A DNA stretch of 48,151 nucleotides, taken from positions 1 to 48,151 of the IMG/VR virus record IMGVR_UViG_2617270976_000012, one strand, 5' to 3'. The notes beneath the pieces were generated by a model. It was given only the letters and a program-made list of their open reading frames with translations. It searched no databases and was not told where the DNA came from. The position numbers were made by a program, and so were the translations under genes. This document shows, in pieces, positions 46,455 through 48,151 of this stretch (its first letter is position 1; each line of letters starts with the position of its first letter). Source of the stretch: a virus (lineage: Duplodnaviria > Heunggongvirae > Uroviricota > Caudoviricetes).

Positions 46455-47534
46455 GTGAATATGGCAGTAAAGATTTCAGGTGTGCTGAAGGATGGTACAG
46501 GAAAACCGGTACCGGACTGCACCATAGAGCTGAAAGCCACGCGAACGAGTGAGACGGTGATAGTCACCACGGTGGCGCAGGGGCAGCCGGGGGAAACCGG
46601 CAGTTACAGTTTTGATGTGGAGCCGGGGTGGTACCGGGTGACGCTGAACACGGAAGGGTACGCCCCGTCGTATGTGGGTGACATTCTGGTGAAGGCGGAT
46701 TCTGAGCCGGGAACGCTGAATAAATTTCTGATGGAACAGGATGAGGTGCAGTATTACCCGAAAGCGCTTGCAGAGCTGGAAGCGGTGGCAGCGGAAATCC
46801 TGAAGCGTGCTGAAGCGTCGGCGGCGAGTGCAGAGGAAGCGAAGGAACGGGCAGAGAATGCCCGGGGACCGGCGGGCGAGAAGGGGGACACAGGTCCACA
46901 GGGTGCCACAGGGGCACAGGGACCAGCCGGGGCAACGGGGGCGGTCGGACCAAAAGGTGAGCCGGGGCCAAAGGGAGAACGGGGAGAAACAGGTCCACAG
47001 GGACCGAAGGGCGATAAAGGTGACCCGGGCGGACCGCCGGGGCCGAAAGGGGATACGGGAGACACAGGCCCGGCAGGACCACAGGGGCCGAAGGGAGATA
47101 CGGGAGACACAGGCCCGGCAGGCCCAGGGGCCAAAAGGGGATACGGGAGCCAGGCGGCAGGGCCTCAGGGGCCGAAGGGAGATACGGGAGACACAGGCCC
47201 GGCAGGTCCGCAGGGACCGAAGGGAGATACGGGAGACACAGGTCCGGCAGGACCTCAGGGACCGTCAGGAAGTCCTGACAGCGGACTGTTTGGTGTCGGT
47301 TCTTTTGTCCTTGCGGCATATTATGCGACGAGTTATTCGGGGGATATGGCACCGGGCTCAGCCATTGCCGGCTCATCACTGTCTGCATGTTGCCTTTCGA
47401 ATGGTACTCCCCTGGTTGCTTCCGGTAATGTGGGGGAGACCCGTTTACCGGGCACGTGGCGTGCATGTGGTCCGATGCTATGGACATCATCTCCGGGTAT
47501 CAGACAGGCAGGATTATTTCAGCGCATATCATAG
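46455..47534 (+). CDS. Side tail fibre protein (Stf-like N-terminus, collagen-like Gly-X-Y repeats)
   Basis: N-terminus [17 protein letters not shown] matches lambda Stf as recalled; about 45 Gly-X-Y triplets with the [17 protein letters not shown] unit repeated; C-terminal region not recognised. Confidence 0.7.
   Translation: MNMAVKISGVLKDGTGKPVPDCTIELKATRTSETVIVTTVAQGQPGETGSYSFDVEPGWYRVTLNTEGYAPSYVGDILVKADSEPGTLNKFLMEQDEVQYYPKALAELEAVAAEILKRAEASAASAEEAKERAENARGPAGEKGDTGPQGATGAQGPAGATGAVGPKGEPGPKGERGETGPQGPKGDKGDPGGPPGPKGDTGDTGPAGPQGPKGDTGDTGPAGPGAKRGYGSQAAGPQGPKGDTGDTGPAGPQGPKGDTGDTGPAGPQGPSGSPDSGLFGVGSFVLAAYYATSYSGDMAPGSAIAGSSLSACCLSNGTPLVASGNVGETRLPGTWRACGPMLWTSSPGIRQAGLFQRIS
46880..47270 (+). 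repeat. Collagen-like coding repeat (GC-rich, periodicity about 51 bp)
   Basis: GGCCCGGCAGGACCACAGGGGCCGAAGGGAGATACGGGAGACACA units repeated; produces long spurious antisense ORFs. Confidence 0.8.
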
Positions 47535-47542
47535 AGGAGGTC

Positions 47543-48151
47543 ATGGTGGATAAGGGAAAAGAGATTCTTGCAGTACGAAATGCAGCCAGCAACGAATATG
47601 GCGGGATAAACTGTGAGGTGCAGTTTGAAGACGCGGTGAATGAAAAAGGGGAACAGGTATGGCTGCCGTATACTGCAACGGAAACGGATAATACAGAACA
47701 CGGAAAAGCATTGTGGTCTGGGCTGACAGCAGGAACGTACGGAAGCGTGAGTGCCTTTGTTGCCACGGAAGCAGTACTGGAAGCGGCAAAGGCGGCGAAA
47801 CGGGAAGAGATTAATATCTGGCGTGATGTGCAGGAGAATATGGAATACGTGATGGAATTCAACGGAAGGAACTGGGATTACGGCAAGAAGACGTTGTCCA
47901 GGATAAGCACGACACGCCTGATGGCAGAGAATAACCGTCTTCCGGAAGGTTTTGCCTGGACCGACGGGGATAATAATGTGGTGCCGGTGACGGCGGCGGA
48001 GATAATTGCGCTGGCAGATGCGACAGAGCAGGCGATGTTTGCGAAGGGAGTGGAGATTAATACACGGCAGTTGCAGATGAAAGCCGAGGTTGAGGCGCTG
48101 ACAGACCTGAAGGCGATCCGCAGTTATGCTGTCGGATGGCCTGCTGGCTGA
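47543..48151 (+). CDS. Tail fibre-associated protein (possible fibre assembly/accessory protein)
   Basis: GGAGG RBS then ATG 47543; 202 aa; position after the fibre gene; stop at window end; family not confidently recognised. Confidence 0.4.
   Translation: MVDKGKEILAVRNAASNEYGGINCEVQFEDAVNEKGEQVWLPYTATETDNTEHGKALWSGLTAGTYGSVSAFVATEAVLEAAKAAKREEINIWRDVQENMEYVMEFNGRNWDYGKKTLSRISTTRLMAENNRLPEGFAWTDGDNNVVPVTAAEIIALADATEQAMFAKGVEINTRQLQMKAEVEALTDLKAIRSYAVGWPAG

Noticed and set aside
46564-47553. Long proline-rich ORFs on the minus strand and in alternative plus frames (308 aa, 126 aa, 248 aa)
   Set aside because: They lie entirely within the collagen-like Gly-X-Y coding repeat of the tail fibre gene; reverse or shifted frames of such repeats are open by composition.

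Overview
The window reads as most of a mosaic lambdoid prophage of an E. coli/Shigella-type host (IS1 and the tRNA sequences support that host range), with its left end cut by IS1. Left to right: partial IS1 (1-331) inserted into a xis-like gene; a leftward early operon (minus strand) with a large exonuclease, a Qin-like dicB module (YdfA-like, an AT-rich unknown gene, a candidate DicF-like sRNA, DicB, YdfD-like), and an immunity region in which a DicA-like HTH repressor is co-oriented with a ParD/ParE-type toxin-antitoxin pair (PaaR2-PaaA2-ParE2-like); a divergent Cro-like/YdaT-like pair; replication genes (initiator, DnaC-like loader); a nin-like cassette of small coupled genes; Hok toxin, DUF968, RusA, Q-like antiterminator; a late-promoter-proximal terminator; an AraC-family regulator moron; three tRNAs (Ile2-CAU, Arg-UCG, Arg-UCU); a TerB-like gene where Stx phages carry stx; NanS-p-like esterase; lysis cassette (S21-like pinholin, SAR endolysin, Rz/Rz1); HNH endonuclease and terminase; HK97-like head genes (protease-capsid fusion, portal, a protein with 162-bp tandem repeats); and a lambda-like tail (V-like, G/GT with A_AAA_AAG frameshift site, tape measure, M, L, K, I, J, Lom, Stf-like fibre) interrupted by an OmpC-family porin moron between M and L. 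No CRISPR array, rRNA or integrase was seen. Most components belong to known families; the least explained parts are the nin-like cassette (9083-11939), the AT-rich gene at 4027-4413 and the accessory morons. All homology calls are from recalled sequence patterns and motifs, not from database searches.
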